64,000 bases of DNA from an uncultured virus (IMG/VR IMGVR_UViG_3300013094_000041) (IMGVR_UViG_3300013094_000041), one strand, 5' to 3'; shown: positions 36,291-47,036, counted from the first letter of the stretch. The notes: generated from the letters alone by a model not told the origin. Translations and numbers: made by a program.

Positions 36291-37676
36291 ATGTCTAGTA
36301 CGTACTCAACTACCCTTCGCATAGAATTAATTGATACAGACACAGACGCTGAGGCTTGGGGTCAGCCTACGGATAACAACTTAGGTACTATTATTGAACA
36401 GGCTATTGTAGGATCTAACTCAATTAGCCTTACTGGGGTTTCTACCTATACGCTAACAACTGGAAATGCTGCTGTAGACCAAGCTCGTAATGCAGTTTTA
36501 GTATTCACTGGTACACCGACTGCAAACTGTAATGTCATAGCACCTAGCGTAAACAAAGTTTATATTGTTAAAAATGGCACTTCTGGTGGCTATAACGTAA
36601 ACCTAAAGACTTCTGGTGGAAATGCTATTATATTGGCTGCCAACACTACGCAGCTTGTTTATTGCAATGCTGTAAACTTTACTAGCGTGGTAAACGTTAA
36701 TAACACCATTGGTAACTTAAATGTTACTGGAAATGTCAGCGTTGCCAATAGCGCAACCGTTAATGCTACTGTTGGGATTATTTCTAATACTGCTAGTAAC
36801 TTAACTATGCGGTCCACATCAAACGTGGTTAGCTTTCAACCAACTAAAGGTGCATTTATTGTTCCTATTGGTTCAACAGCACAGCGCCCAGCTACACCTA
36901 AAAACGGCATGTCTCGCTGGAATTACACACTAGGTGTATACGAAATTTGGAATGGTAACTTTTGGCAGTCGGTTACATCTGGTTTTTCCACACAATATTT
37001 AATTGTCGCTGGCGGAGGCGGGGGTGGTGTAGGTATTGGCGCTGGTGGTGGTGCTGGTGGAGCTTTAACTGGCTCACTAACTCTTTCCCCATATAAGTCT
37101 TATTCCATTATTGTAGGTGGTGGCGGAAACCCTGGCGTTAATGGCTCTAATTCTTCTGCATTAAACCTTGTTGCTTTTGGTGGTGGCGGTGGAGGAACTG
37201 GAAGTTCTGGTGGTTCAGGCGGTGGCGGTGGTGGATCTGTTGGTCCAGGCGCTGGTACTACAGGTCAAGGATATATTGGCGGTCAGGGTGCTGGCGGTTC
37301 ATCTGGGCAAAATTATGGCGGTGGCGGTGGCGGAGCAGGATCTATTGGAGGGCAAGCCATTTATAACGCTCGTGGTGGCGATGGTGGTGATGGTATTGCA
37401 TCTTCGATTACTGGAACTTCTGTGTACTATGCTGGTGGATATGCTGGCTGCTTGCAAGGCATTGGTGGTACGGGCGGTTCTGGCGGTAATGGAAGAGGTG
37501 GTTATGGTGGTGGCGGAGATTCGTATAACCCTGGAGCAGGACAACAAGGTGTAGTAATTCTTTCTTACGCTAGCGCTTCTCAACTCGCTACTGGCGGTAC
37601 AGTAACCTCATATACATCTAGTGGAACAACTTATTGGGTCCATACATTTACATCTAGCGGCACATTAACGACTTAG
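36291..37676 (+). CDS. tail fibre protein (MxSTYS anchor plus Gly-rich tip), copy 1
   Basis: MSSTYSTTLRIELI...WGQ..NNLGT.IEQAI, then a Gly-rich domain. Confidence 0.75.
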   Translation: MSSTYSTTLRIELIDTDTDAEAWGQPTDNNLGTIIEQAIVGSNSISLTGVSTYTLTTGNAAVDQARNAVLVFTGTPTANCNVIAPSVNKVYIVKNGTSGGYNVNLKTSGGNAIILAANTTQLVYCNAVNFTSVVNVNNTIGNLNVTGNVSVANSATVNATVGIISNTASNLTMRSTSNVVSFQPTKGAFIVPIGSTAQRPATPKNGMSRWNYTLGVYEIWNGNFWQSVTSGFSTQYLIVAGGGGGGVGIGAGGGAGGALTGSLTLSPYKSYSIIVGGGGNPGVNGSNSSALNLVAFGGGGGGTGSSGGSGGGGGGSVGPGAGTTGQGYIGGQGAGGSSGQNYGGGGGGAGSIGGQAIYNARGGDGGDGIASSITGTSVYYAGGYAGCLQGIGGTGGSGGNGRGGYGGGGDSYNPGAGQQGVVILSYASASQLATGGTVTSYTSSGTTYWVHTFTSSGTLTT

Positions 37677-37684
37677 GAAACAAC

Positions 37685-39112
37685 ATGCCCTCAACTTATT
37701 CTACATCTCTAAAAATAGAGCTTATCGGTAACGGTGAGCAAACAGGCACATGGGGTCAGACTACCAACAACAACATGGGTACTTTGCTAGAACAAGCAAT
37801 TACTGGGGTAGGCTCTCTTTCTTTATCTGGCGATTATGTTTTAAGTAACTACAACGGCTTACCTGATGAAGCTCGTAATGCTGTATTGACGTTTAGTGGC
37901 TCTTTAGCAGCACCTGCCAACGTAGTAGCTCCTTCTGTACAAAAAACATATGTTGTTACCAATAATGCTGGCGCTAACGTAACCCTTAAAACTTCAACCG
38001 GAACTGGTGTTGTTATTCAAAACGGTCTTAGTGCATTGGTTTATTGCGATGGTACAGAATTTTATACAGCGATTAACGTAAACAGCGTAGTAGGCGATTT
38101 ATCCGTATCTGGTAACGAAATTATTGGTGGGCAAATTAATCTTGGTAATAGCTCAATCTCTGGCGCTGCGGGTAATTTAACTTTAACTGCCAACTCTAGC
38201 ATTATTGATATGTCTGGAAATACGGGTGCTTTAATTCCCCCTACAGGCACAATTGCACAACGCCCAGCTTCACCATCTTTAGGTATGACACGTTGGAACT
38301 CGGATAACGGGCAGTATGAAATCTGGAACGGTCTCGCTTGGCAAGTTATTGCGTCTGGTACATATAATGTAAGTTACCTAGTAGCCGCAGGTGGTGCCGG
38401 TGGTGGTGGTGCTAATAACGGATACACTGGTGGCGGTGGTGGTGCTGGTGGTTTATTAACTGGCACTGGCGCAGCGTTAACTCCAGGAACAACATACACA
38501 ATCACAGTAGGCTCAAACGGTACTGGCGGTGGTGGTGGAAACCCATCTTATGCTGGCACTAATGGTTCTAACTCATCTGTTACTGGTTCAGGTTTTAGCA
38601 CCCTTTTAGCTATTGGCGGTGGTGGTGGTGCTGCTGGTCAGGGTGGAAGCGGAGTTGCTGGTGGATCAGGTGGTGGTGGTTATGGCTCTAGTGGTCCGTA
38701 TACTTCAAGCGGTGGAGCGGGTACCGGTGGTCAAGGCTATGCAGGTGCAACAGGCAGTACATCTGGCACTTGGGGTTCAGGTGGTGGCGGTGGTGGATCT
38801 GCTGCAGTAGGTACAGCTCCAACTGCGGGTGCTGGTACATCTTCATCTATTACAGGCAGTGCTGTAACTTATGCCGCTGGTGGTGATGGGGGTGTATCTG
38901 GCGGCGGTTCTTCTGCATCAGCCTATACAGGTTCTGGCGGTGGAGGCGGCGGTTATGGTAACGGCAACGGTGGCTCAGGCGGTTCTGGTGTTGTCGTTCT
39001 ATCTATTCCTACAACCAACTACACAGGTACTACAACAGGCTCACCAACAGTTACAACTAACGGTGCATTTACAGTTCTTAAATATACAACTTCAGGAAGC
39101 TACACAGCATGA
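37685..39112 (+). CDS. tail fibre protein (MxSTYS anchor plus Gly-rich tip), copy 2
   Basis: MPSTYSTSLKIELI...WGQTTNNNMGTLLEQAI, then a Gly-rich domain. Confidence 0.75.
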   Translation: MPSTYSTSLKIELIGNGEQTGTWGQTTNNNMGTLLEQAITGVGSLSLSGDYVLSNYNGLPDEARNAVLTFSGSLAAPANVVAPSVQKTYVVTNNAGANVTLKTSTGTGVVIQNGLSALVYCDGTEFYTAINVNSVVGDLSVSGNEIIGGQINLGNSSISGAAGNLTLTANSSIIDMSGNTGALIPPTGTIAQRPASPSLGMTRWNSDNGQYEIWNGLAWQVIASGTYNVSYLVAAGGAGGGGANNGYTGGGGGAGGLLTGTGAALTPGTTYTITVGSNGTGGGGGNPSYAGTNGSNSSVTGSGFSTLLAIGGGGGAAGQGGSGVAGGSGGGGYGSSGPYTSSGGAGTGGQGYAGATGSTSGTWGSGGGGGGSAAVGTAPTAGAGTSSSITGSAVTYAAGGDGGVSGGGSSASAYTGSGGGGGGYGNGNGGSGGSGVVVLSIPTTNYTGTTTGSPTVTTNGAFTVLKYTTSGSYTA

Positions 39113-39321
39113 TTATCGAAAACCAAGCAAAAGAATTGGCTCCAGATGTTATGGATGTAGCTACAAAAATTGAAATCTACTGCCCTAATTGCAGCAAAGA
39201 TGTGGATGAAGCTGAGTTATCTAACAAGACCTGTAACGATTGCGGTGCCGATTTATCTACACCAGAACAACATGTTGCCGTAGCAGTTACTTCCGTGCCT
39301 GTTATTGGGATTACTTGGTAA
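39109..39321 (+). CDS. small zinc-ribbon protein
   Basis: CPNC...CNDC. Confidence 0.6.
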   Translation: MIIENQAKELAPDVMDVATKIEIYCPNCSKDVDEAELSNKTCNDCGADLSTPEQHVAVAVTSVPVIGITW

Positions 39322-39557
39322 TGCAAGAGTTTTTTAAACACCTTCTAACTGGTAAAGATAATCAGACCTATGATATTGGTAGGGTTACTTGGCTGCTTGG
39401 AATTATTGCTGTTATTTGTTTGGCTGCTTATGAAGTAGTACATACCAACGTAAGTCTTAGAGAATTAGCTGAAGCGCTTGGTATTGTATCTGGGGCTGGC
39501 GGTGCAAGCGTGATGATGAAGCGTGATACTGAACCAGACGTACAAAAGGATAAATAA
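39321..39557 (+). CDS. putative holin
   Basis: Start MQEFFKHLLTGKDN. Two hydrophobic segments and a charged C-terminus, in the lysis cassette. Confidence 0.55.
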   Translation: MQEFFKHLLTGKDNQTYDIGRVTWLLGIIAVICLAAYEVVHTNVSLRELAEALGIVSGAGGASVMMKRDTEPDVQKDK

Positions 39558-40024
39558 TGCCTTATAAAGACCCAGCTAAAAACGCCGAATGTAAACGGAT
39601 ATACCGTGAAGCCAATAAAGAGGCGGAAGCACTTCGCTTAAAAAAATATGCCTCAGAAAACAAAGAAAAAGTTAATCTAGCTAAGAAAAAATGGCGAGAT
39701 AAAAATAAAGAAATACAATATACTTTAATTTTAGAATGGCGTAAAAACAATAAAGCAAGATATAACTACCTTCATGCAAAAAGAAGAGCCGCTAAAATAA
39801 ATGCTACTCCAGCATGGTTGACAAATGAAGAACACCGACTAATTTCTGAATACTATGTAATGGCTAAAGAGCTAGAAAAAGTATTCCCGTGGGGGCAACA
39901 AGTGGACCATATTATTCCACTACAAGGAAAAACTGTTTGTGGATTACACGTACCAAATAACTTACAGATATTAAGTGTTTGGCAAAACCAATCAAAAAAT
40001 AATAACTATACGGAGCCACAATAA
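39557..40024 (+). mobile_element. HNH homing endonuclease
   Basis: AKRRAAK..ATP.W...VDHIIPLQG..VCGLHVP.NLQ...N..K.N. Confidence 0.88.
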
Positions 40025-40464
40025 TGTGGTCACTGCTATTATCAGGAGCATCTAGCTTTGTCTCTACCTATATCAATTACATCAAAATTGGACTTATTGT
40101 TTTGGCTTTATGCTTATCTGGCTATGTTGGTTTTCATATGGGCAATAGTCGTTATCTTGAATACAAAGCTCAAGTTGAAACGGTTGCAGAGGTACAAAAA
40201 GCTAAAGTCGAGTCGATCCAAAAACAACAGGATTTAGTAACCAAAGGAATTAAAAATGAATTTGAAGCTAAGCTATCTGCTATTCGTAACTATTATGGCG
40301 GGGTGCAGTACTCCAGTAGCCGTACAATGCCCGGCATTTCCGCAGCCCCCAAAGGAACTGATGCAGAAACCGCCTACCCAATACTTGCTAGACAATGCGC
40401 TGTTACAACGGCCCAACTAACTAGTCTCCAAGATTGGATTAATGAACAAATGGGCCTTAAATGA
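40024..40464 (+). CDS. Rz-like inner-membrane spanin
   Basis: N-terminal TM followed by a coiled coil, adjacent to the endolysin. Confidence 0.55.
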   Translation: MWSLLLSGASSFVSTYINYIKIGLIVLALCLSGYVGFHMGNSRYLEYKAQVETVAEVQKAKVESIQKQQDLVTKGIKNEFEAKLSAIRNYYGGVQYSSSRTMPGISAAPKGTDAETAYPILARQCAVTTAQLTSLQDWINEQMGLK

Positions 40465-41048
40465 ATAGTCAGCAATTGAGGGATTTAGGCATTGATGAGA
40501 AATGGCTTGAGCCATTAAATGCCGCATTTGCTAAATATGACATTAGCACTCCTGCGCGCCAAGCTTTCTTTATAGGACAGTGTGCTCATGAATCAAACAA
40601 TTTTAGAACTTTGGAAGAAAACCTTCATTACAATGCCACTGCACTTATGCGTGTTTGGCCCAGTAGATTCCCTAATATCAACGTGGCTTCAGATTATGCA
40701 AATAACCCAGAGAAAATAGCCAACAAAGTCTATGCTGGAAGGATGGGAAATGTTGAAGATGGTGACGGCTGGAAGTATCATGGGCGTGGTCTTATACAAC
40801 TTACTGGCAGAGACAACTATGCCAATTGTGGACCTAGTATTGGTGTGGATCTTCTTGGGGATCCTGATAAGCTACTTGATCCTCAATATGCAGCTTTAAG
40901 CGCTGGCTGGTTTTGGCGAAAACGGGACTTAAACAGCTTGGCTGATAAGCAGGATTGTGTCACAATAACGCAAAGAATCAATGGTGGCACCTTGGGGTTA
41001 GATGACCGCAAAGCCAAAATAGCTAAAGCATTGTCAGTATTAGGGTAA
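40461..41048 (+). CDS. endolysin, glycoside hydrolase family 19
   Basis: FIGQCAHES..F..LEENL.Y, GDGWKYHGRGLIQLTGRDNY and TQRINGG..GL.DR. Confidence 0.92.
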   Translation: MNSQQLRDLGIDEKWLEPLNAAFAKYDISTPARQAFFIGQCAHESNNFRTLEENLHYNATALMRVWPSRFPNINVASDYANNPEKIANKVYAGRMGNVEDGDGWKYHGRGLIQLTGRDNYANCGPSIGVDLLGDPDKLLDPQYAALSAGWFWRKRDLNSLADKQDCVTITQRINGGTLGLDDRKAKIAKALSVLG

Positions 41049-41052
41049 ACCA

Positions 41053-41769
41053 CTAGATGACCCCTTTACGTTTAGCCCAAGCCAACTTTAAACTAGCGGA
41101 TATTTTTGCTTGTACTTCTGGTGTACGCAAAGTGGCTAATCGTTTAGCTTTAATTTCAGGATCTGTATTTAACGTTTTATGGAACTCTCTCATTGGGTTA
41201 GATGGATCTAAAAGTTTTTGGCGTCGCTGTTCTTTACCTTCATCAGAATGGATTGGTTTGCCTAACTTACGCTGGCGTTGTTTCTCTCTAAACTCTGGCT
41301 CTTGCCATTTGGCGCGTATTTTTTCCCGCACTTCAGGTCGTTTAGCTGGATTATTGTCGCCACTAAATTTTGCTATTACATGCGGATCTTTCATTCTTTC
41401 CGACACTTTAGCTCGTGTCTCTGGGTTGTGCATGGGATTATTGTCCTTCATGCGTTGTCTTAACTTTTCTTTGTTATCTACGGACATAGGCTCTCCACCC
41501 TCCCCACCAATACGAAGATTAGTTAAAGTTCCAGTTCTAAGCTGGATTCTTCCATACTTTTCAATTAAACTACGCTCTAGTATTTGTGCTTCTTCTAAGG
41601 TGTCGACTGTATGAATTTCTACAACAACATTTTTGGCGCCAATTTCTGCAAGTTTATTTTTGCAAAACCAGCCTCTTGGATTAGAAGCCAATGGATCTGT
41701 GCGCCGTTTAGATTTAGACATACCAACATAAAAAGGAACATCGTTGTGTTTCCAAACGTATACAAACAT
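41053..41769 (-). mobile_element. inverted GIY-YIG-like endonuclease gene with NUMOD3-like repeats
   Basis: FVYVW....PFYVG.SK..R, E..LI..YGR, LTNL..GGEG and repeated NNP..PE.R.K units. Confidence 0.72.
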
Positions 41770-41798
41770 AATAGTCTCCTTGTTAATGACTTAGCAGG

Positions 41799-41807
41799 AG
41801 TATAGCA
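41799..41807 (-). promoter_or_regulatory. extended -10 promoter of the inverted endonuclease
   Basis: Minus strand TGcTATACT, followed by an AAGGAG RBS. Confidence 0.6.
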
Positions 41808-41810
41808 CAA

Positions 41811-43958
41811 ATGCTCCAAAAAATACAACTGCGCCCAGGACTAAACCGTGAAGGAACTGATTATTCGAATGAGGGGGGATTTTACGATGGCGATAAGATC
41901 CGTTTCCGCTCTGGCTTTCCTGAGAAATTAGGCGGCTGGATCCGTCTTAGTGCATTTAAGTTTGTTGGTGTAGCTCGTTCACTATGGAATTGGGCTACCT
42001 TAAGCGGAGAGAATTTACTTGGTATTGGTACAAACCTTAAATATTACATTGAAAATGGCGGCCAATACTACGACATTACGCCAATTATTACTACAACTAC
42101 CTATGACAACGTACTGTCTACCGGGTTTACTACTTTAGTAAATACAATTAATGCTGCATCAAATACCATTTCCTTAACTAATGCTGCCCATTTTGTACCC
42201 CAAAGCGGTGTCTTTAAAGTCGATAGCGAGGTCATATTCTATTCAACCTTAGTATCTAATGTAGTCTCTGGGTGTATTCGGGGCTATGCTAATACTACAG
42301 CGGCAACACATACTGCTGGGGCTAACGCAGCTTGTGGCTACTTTGAGTTTCACGACTTAGATAATGACTCAAACAATAGAGACTTCTTAATTTTTTCTAA
42401 TGTCTCCACTTCTGTTGGTGGTCTGGCAAATACTGTTGTTAATGGTGAGCATCAAGTCTTTAAATATAATTCTGGTTACAGCTACGCAATGTCTAGCTCT
42501 TCAGATAATAACCTTGCTAATATTACCTATACAACCTCTTCGGCAGTTAACGTTGGTGGAGTCTTTACTGTTCAGTATGAAGTTCCATCTGGTAGTGCTG
42601 TATATACAACTGGTACTGGTTGGGGTGCTGGGTATTGGAATCGTGGCACTTGGGGTTCTGGAACTACTGTTGGTATTGGTAGCCAGCTCCGTCTTTGGAC
42701 TAATGATAATTTTGGGCAAGATTTAATATTTGCCCCTCGTGGTGGTCAGATTTACTACTGGAATGCTACTACTGGTACAGCTTATCGTGGGGTAAAGCTT
42801 TCAGAACTGGCTAATACATCTTCATTTAGTGGGCAATATGTACCGCAAGCAACTAATCAGGTTATTGCTTCTGCTATTCAGCGTTTTGTAATTGCCTTTG
42901 GTGCTAATTCTTATGTAGCTGGCAATGCCTCTACTACGTTTGATACGATGCTTGTACGCTGGTCAGACCAAGAAAATCCCTATCAATGGGTTCCTGATAT
43001 AACAAACCAAGCTGGTGAGTTTACGCTTACTAATGGCTCTTATATCATGGAAGCTAAAGCAACCCGCCAAGAGATTTTGGTTTGGACGGATTCTGCTATC
43101 TACTCTATGCAGTACTTAGGGCCACCTTATGTGTGGGGCTTTAATATCTTGATGGATAACATCTCGATTATGTCACCTAATGCCGCAATCACGATTAACA
43201 ACGTAACTTACTGGATGGGTACGGACAAGTTCTATATGTACTCTGGTAGGGTGGAAACGTTACCATGCTCGCTTCGTCAGTACATTTTTGCCGACATCAA
43301 CAAAGACCAAGCCTACCAAGTTACTACTGGTGGCAACGAGGGATTTAATGAGGTCTGGTGGTTCTATTGCTCTACTAACTCTACAGTCATTGATAAGTAT
43401 GTCATTTATAACTACTTAGACCGTGTATGGTATTACGGCACTTTAAACCGTACTTCATGGCTGGATTCTGGTATTCGCCAAAACCCTATGGGTACATTTA
43501 TTAATGGTGCAGATGATGTTGGAAACCAAACAGGGACCGTGATTTACCATGAGGTTGGTACAGATGATCAGTCCACAGCGACACCAGCCCCTATTGCATC
43601 CTTTGTTCAGTCTTCGGACTTTGACATTGGGGATGGTCATAACTTCGGTTTTGTATGGCGTCTATTACCAGACATCAACTTTAACGGGTCTACCGCTAAT
43701 ATACCGAGCATTACAATGACAATTCGTCCGCGTCAAAACAGTGGAACAGCTTATGGTAATTCTGATACTCCAACAGTACAAAGCGCTCAAAACTATACAA
43801 TTGCTCCAGAGTACACGGTTCAGCAGTTTACTGGTCAGATTTATACTAGATTGCGGGGTCGTCAGTTAGCGATGAGAATCAGCTCTAGCGACCTTGGGGT
43901 GGCTTGGCAACTTGGAACTCCACGCATTGATATCAAAAACGATGGTCGGAGAAGCTAA
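41811..43958 (+). CDS. tail hub/nozzle (DNA stabilisation-like) protein
   Basis: DKIRFRSGFPEKLGGW, RWSDQE and EVWWFY. Beta-propeller-like, positioned before the ejection genes. Confidence 0.65.
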   Translation: MLQKIQLRPGLNREGTDYSNEGGFYDGDKIRFRSGFPEKLGGWIRLSAFKFVGVARSLWNWATLSGENLLGIGTNLKYYIENGGQYYDITPIITTTTYDNVLSTGFTTLVNTINAASNTISLTNAAHFVPQSGVFKVDSEVIFYSTLVSNVVSGCIRGYANTTAATHTAGANAACGYFEFHDLDNDSNNRDFLIFSNVSTSVGGLANTVVNGEHQVFKYNSGYSYAMSSSSDNNLANITYTTSSAVNVGGVFTVQYEVPSGSAVYTTGTGWGAGYWNRGTWGSGTTVGIGSQLRLWTNDNFGQDLIFAPRGGQIYYWNATTGTAYRGVKLSELANTSSFSGQYVPQATNQVIASAIQRFVIAFGANSYVAGNASTTFDTMLVRWSDQENPYQWVPDITNQAGEFTLTNGSYIMEAKATRQEILVWTDSAIYSMQYLGPPYVWGFNILMDNISIMSPNAAITINNVTYWMGTDKFYMYSGRVETLPCSLRQYIFADINKDQAYQVTTGGNEGFNEVWWFYCSTNSTVIDKYVIYNYLDRVWYYGTLNRTSWLDSGIRQNPMGTFINGADDVGNQTGTVIYHEVGTDDQSTATPAPIASFVQSSDFDIGDGHNFGFVWRLLPDINFNGSTANIPSITMTIRPRQNSGTAYGNSDTPTVQSAQNYTIAPEYTVQQFTGQIYTRLRGRQLAMRISSSDLGVAWQLGTPRIDIKNDGRRS

Positions 43959-44275
43959 TGTCTACTGGCACTACTAAATCTCCAAACTTGCCGATTGCTC
44001 CGGTTGAGTACAGCCAGCAGTATCAGGATCAATTAAACAACGTTTTGAGGCTGTATTTCTCGCAGCTTGATAATCCGGGGCCAAGTGCTATGTCTACCCA
44101 GCGTAACACGGTAAATGGCGTAGTTAAACTACTTCCAGCCCTCAATTTCAGCGAAATTAATGCCGCGGGATCTAGAGTTGTTAGTTTACCCACACAGGCT
44201 GATTATGCCAATATTACGGTAGGTTCTGTATATGTCGATACTGCCAATGCCAATGTTTTGAAAGTTAAGGTTTAA
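43958..44275 (+). CDS. small virion protein
   Basis: PNLPIAPVEY...QLNNVLRLYF.QLD. Confidence 0.6.
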   Translation: MSTGTTKSPNLPIAPVEYSQQYQDQLNNVLRLYFSQLDNPGPSAMSTQRNTVNGVVKLLPALNFSEINAAGSRVVSLPTQADYANITVGSVYVDTANANVLKVKV

Positions 44276-44313
44276 ATGATAAACTTCGTTAGATTACCCG
44301 TTCAGGCAGCTAT

Positions 44314-45960
44314 ATGGCTCTAAATAACCTATATCAAAATCAGCAACCCCAGGGTGGCATAGATCAGCTCGCTCAAAATGCGATGTTTCCACAAAGCCAA
44401 ATGGATAAAACCCAATATGCGGTTCCTAGTCAGATGCCAACTAGCGCTGAAGTAATTAACTCAGATTACGATCCACAGACTGATCCATATACTGGAATGC
44501 CCGCTAAACCATTCGCGGCTGGTGGCATTGCAACTTTAAGGTTTGATGAAGGCGGTTCAGCTCCAGCACCTTGGGATCCAAGTTCCGGACAGGTAACACT
44601 ACAACAGTTTGATCTATCTGGTCAGTCTGATCCTAAGAATGTTTCTTATACCATTCCAAAAGACAGCATTAAACAGTTTGTTGCTAACCCAAACGAAAAC
44701 GGGGAACCAGACCCAACCGCCGGCGGCAAATATATCCTCAACGATGGATCAACAATGATTGTAGGTGGAGATGGAACCGTTACTGGCGCCACTCCAGCCC
44801 GTAGTGATTACACACTTAATTCTCAAGGTTATTACCAACCAACCGGTTCCGATCTTACTTGGAATGGTCAAGCCAATCTATTAACCAAAAACATTGGCGG
44901 TGTTGATGTTCAAGTTCCTGGTCAATATACTAAAGGCGGATATCAAACATCTGGTGGCGGTTTGGCAACAGACGCTAATGGAGTTCCTGTGGCGCTTGCC
45001 CCTGCTCAATATGATAGTGGCGCTGGTAAAAGTGGATTAGCAGATGCTGCTCCATTAATGGCTATTGCAGCTATGGCTGCTATGACTGGCGGTGCTGGAG
45101 CTGGCGCTGCACCAGAAGTGGTTGGCGGTGAATTAGGCGCAGATTATTTTGGTGGATATTCAGCTACAGGATCTGCCGCTGGAACTGCTGGTTCAACCGT
45201 TCCTGCTGAATATGGCGCTGCATATGGTACTGGTGCTACTGGTGCTACTGTTAGCCCTGAATTTGCTCCAGTAGATACTCCATTAGAAGGTACTGGTGCA
45301 GCCCCCGGATCTAGCACTGTCCCAGATTGGGCAACGCAAAATGCAGATGCTGCCGCTAATGAAGCTGCACAAACTGCACAATACAATACCGCTCCAGCAG
45401 ACATTGGATCTAAAGGAATGACCGCTGCTCAAGCTATGGCTGCAAAAGCTGGATTAGATATGTTAACTAGCGGAACAAAAGGAAGCCAAGCAACTACTTC
45501 TGGAGGAGGCTCATCGGTTGCCCCACAACAGATTACTCCAGACATTAATAGAGGCGGAGTTACTGGATATCAGGGTGAAGCCGTATCTCCAAATGTTAAT
45601 ATAGCACCAGCTCAGATTAGTGGTATTAAAGGCGTTGGACAGCCACAGTATTTTGCTCAGGGCGGAACAACGCAAGGTGGCATTACTACTCTTGGATCTT
45701 ATTCAGATGGCGGCCAGTTATTAAAAGGCCCTGGAGATGGTATGAGTGACAATATTCCAGCTAAAATAGGAAATAGTCAGCCAGCTCGCTTGGCGGATGG
45801 AGAATTCGTAATTCCAGCAGATGTGGTTAGTCATTTAGGTAATGGCTCAACTGACGCTGGTGCTAAACAGTTGTATGTAATGATGGAAAAGATTCGCAAA
45901 GCTCGCACTGGAAACAAGAAGCAGGGCAAGCGTATTAACCCATCTAAGTTTTTACTTTAA
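44314..45960 (+). CDS. internal virion/ejection protein
   Basis: Gly/Ala-rich, ending GGQLLKGPGDGMSD.IPA...RLADGEFVIPADVVS.LGNGS. Confidence 0.65.
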   Translation: MALNNLYQNQQPQGGIDQLAQNAMFPQSQMDKTQYAVPSQMPTSAEVINSDYDPQTDPYTGMPAKPFAAGGIATLRFDEGGSAPAPWDPSSGQVTLQQFDLSGQSDPKNVSYTIPKDSIKQFVANPNENGEPDPTAGGKYILNDGSTMIVGGDGTVTGATPARSDYTLNSQGYYQPTGSDLTWNGQANLLTKNIGGVDVQVPGQYTKGGYQTSGGGLATDANGVPVALAPAQYDSGAGKSGLADAAPLMAIAAMAAMTGGAGAGAAPEVVGGELGADYFGGYSATGSAAGTAGSTVPAEYGAAYGTGATGATVSPEFAPVDTPLEGTGAAPGSSTVPDWATQNADAAANEAAQTAQYNTAPADIGSKGMTAAQAMAAKAGLDMLTSGTKGSQATTSGGGSSVAPQQITPDINRGGVTGYQGEAVSPNVNIAPAQISGIKGVGQPQYFAQGGTTQGGITTLGSYSDGGQLLKGPGDGMSDNIPAKIGNSQPARLADGEFVIPADVVSHLGNGSTDAGAKQLYVMMEKIRKARTGNKKQGKRINPSKFLL

Positions 45961-45969
45961 GGATTTATT

Positions 45970-47034
45970 ATGTCAATATGGGATAGCGTTTTCGGTGCTA
46001 GTTCAATACCTTCTAGTCCAACTGGGCAGACGGTTCAATCTGGTGCGATTCAGCCATGGGCGCAGCCGTACATCAACACCTATTTGAATAGGGCGCAACA
46101 GTTAACGACTAATGCTCAGCCAACAGACTTTCAAAATCAAGTATGGTCAAATGCACAAAACCTACAAACCCCTGCTCAATTTGGACAAGGTAGTGATTTA
46201 GCCCAACAAGGTGGTCAAGGTCAGCTAGGAACTACTGGTGCGGCCATGGGTTATGGCAATATGGGTGCTGGTATTGGCGCACTTGCTACAAATGCTGGTC
46301 AAAACTATCAGAATATGGCTACTAGCCCTGCGGCTATGCAAGCCTATATGAATCCTTATGTTCAACAGTCATTAGCTCCGCAGCTTGGACTATTAAATCA
46401 GCAACAGCAATTAGAGCAACAAAATAATCAAGCACAAGCTACTGGTCAAGGCGCATTTGGTGGTAATCGTGCTTCATTGCAACAAGGCTTAATCGGCCAA
46501 AACTATGACTTAGCTAAGCAACAAGCTATTGGTCAAGGATATAACAACGCATTTAATCAAGCTCAACAAGCTCAACAGTTTGGTTCTTCTCTTGGATTAC
46601 AAGGACTACAAGCTGGTATTCAAGGCGCACAGGCTGGTTTACAAGGTGTACAGGGCGCTCAAGCTGGTTACACAGGAGCTACGCAAGCGGGAGCTGCTTT
46701 GGGTAATATTGGCGCTCAACAAGGTCAATTTGATTTGTCTAACCTGCAATTGCAAAGTCAACTTGCAAATCAACAGTACAACTTGCCATTCCAAAATCAA
46801 CAGTACATGCAAGGCATGATGGCTGGGTTGCCGATTTCTACAACTACTGCACAAACATATCAAGCGCCTCCAAATACTGGATCTCAATTAGCTGGATTAG
46901 CCACTACTGGGCTTGGTGCTTATTTGGGCTATAAAGCTTTGAGCGCCGCTGGCGCTGCTGGCGGTTTGCCAAAAGACTTTAAAAAACAAGGCAGTGACTT
47001 AGCCGACCTTCAACTTCATAATTTAGTAGGTTAA
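45970..47034 (+). CDS. DNA-transfer/ejection protein
   Basis: Gln/Gly/Ala-rich, YMNPY...GAFGG.R, hydrophobic C-terminus. Confidence 0.65.
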   Translation: MSIWDSVFGASSIPSSPTGQTVQSGAIQPWAQPYINTYLNRAQQLTTNAQPTDFQNQVWSNAQNLQTPAQFGQGSDLAQQGGQGQLGTTGAAMGYGNMGAGIGALATNAGQNYQNMATSPAAMQAYMNPYVQQSLAPQLGLLNQQQQLEQQNNQAQATGQGAFGGNRASLQQGLIGQNYDLAKQQAIGQGYNNAFNQAQQAQQFGSSLGLQGLQAGIQGAQAGLQGVQGAQAGYTGATQAGAALGNIGAQQGQFDLSNLQLQSQLANQQYNLPFQNQQYMQGMMAGLPISTTTAQTYQAPPNTGSQLAGLATTGLGAYLGYKALSAAGAAGGLPKDFKKQGSDLADLQLHNLVG

Positions 47035-47036
47035 GC

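Noticed and set aside
32288..38810. Val-rich alternative-frame ORFs within the Gly-rich genes
   Set aside because: Expected by-products of GGT/GGC codon runs lacking stops.
29645..39112. diversity-generating retroelement acting on tail fibres
   Set aside because: No reverse transcriptase and no TR/VR pair differing only at adenines was seen.
41057..41614. 185-aa plus-strand ORF
   Set aside because: It is the antisense shadow of the minus-strand endonuclease, which has the RBS, promoter and motifs.
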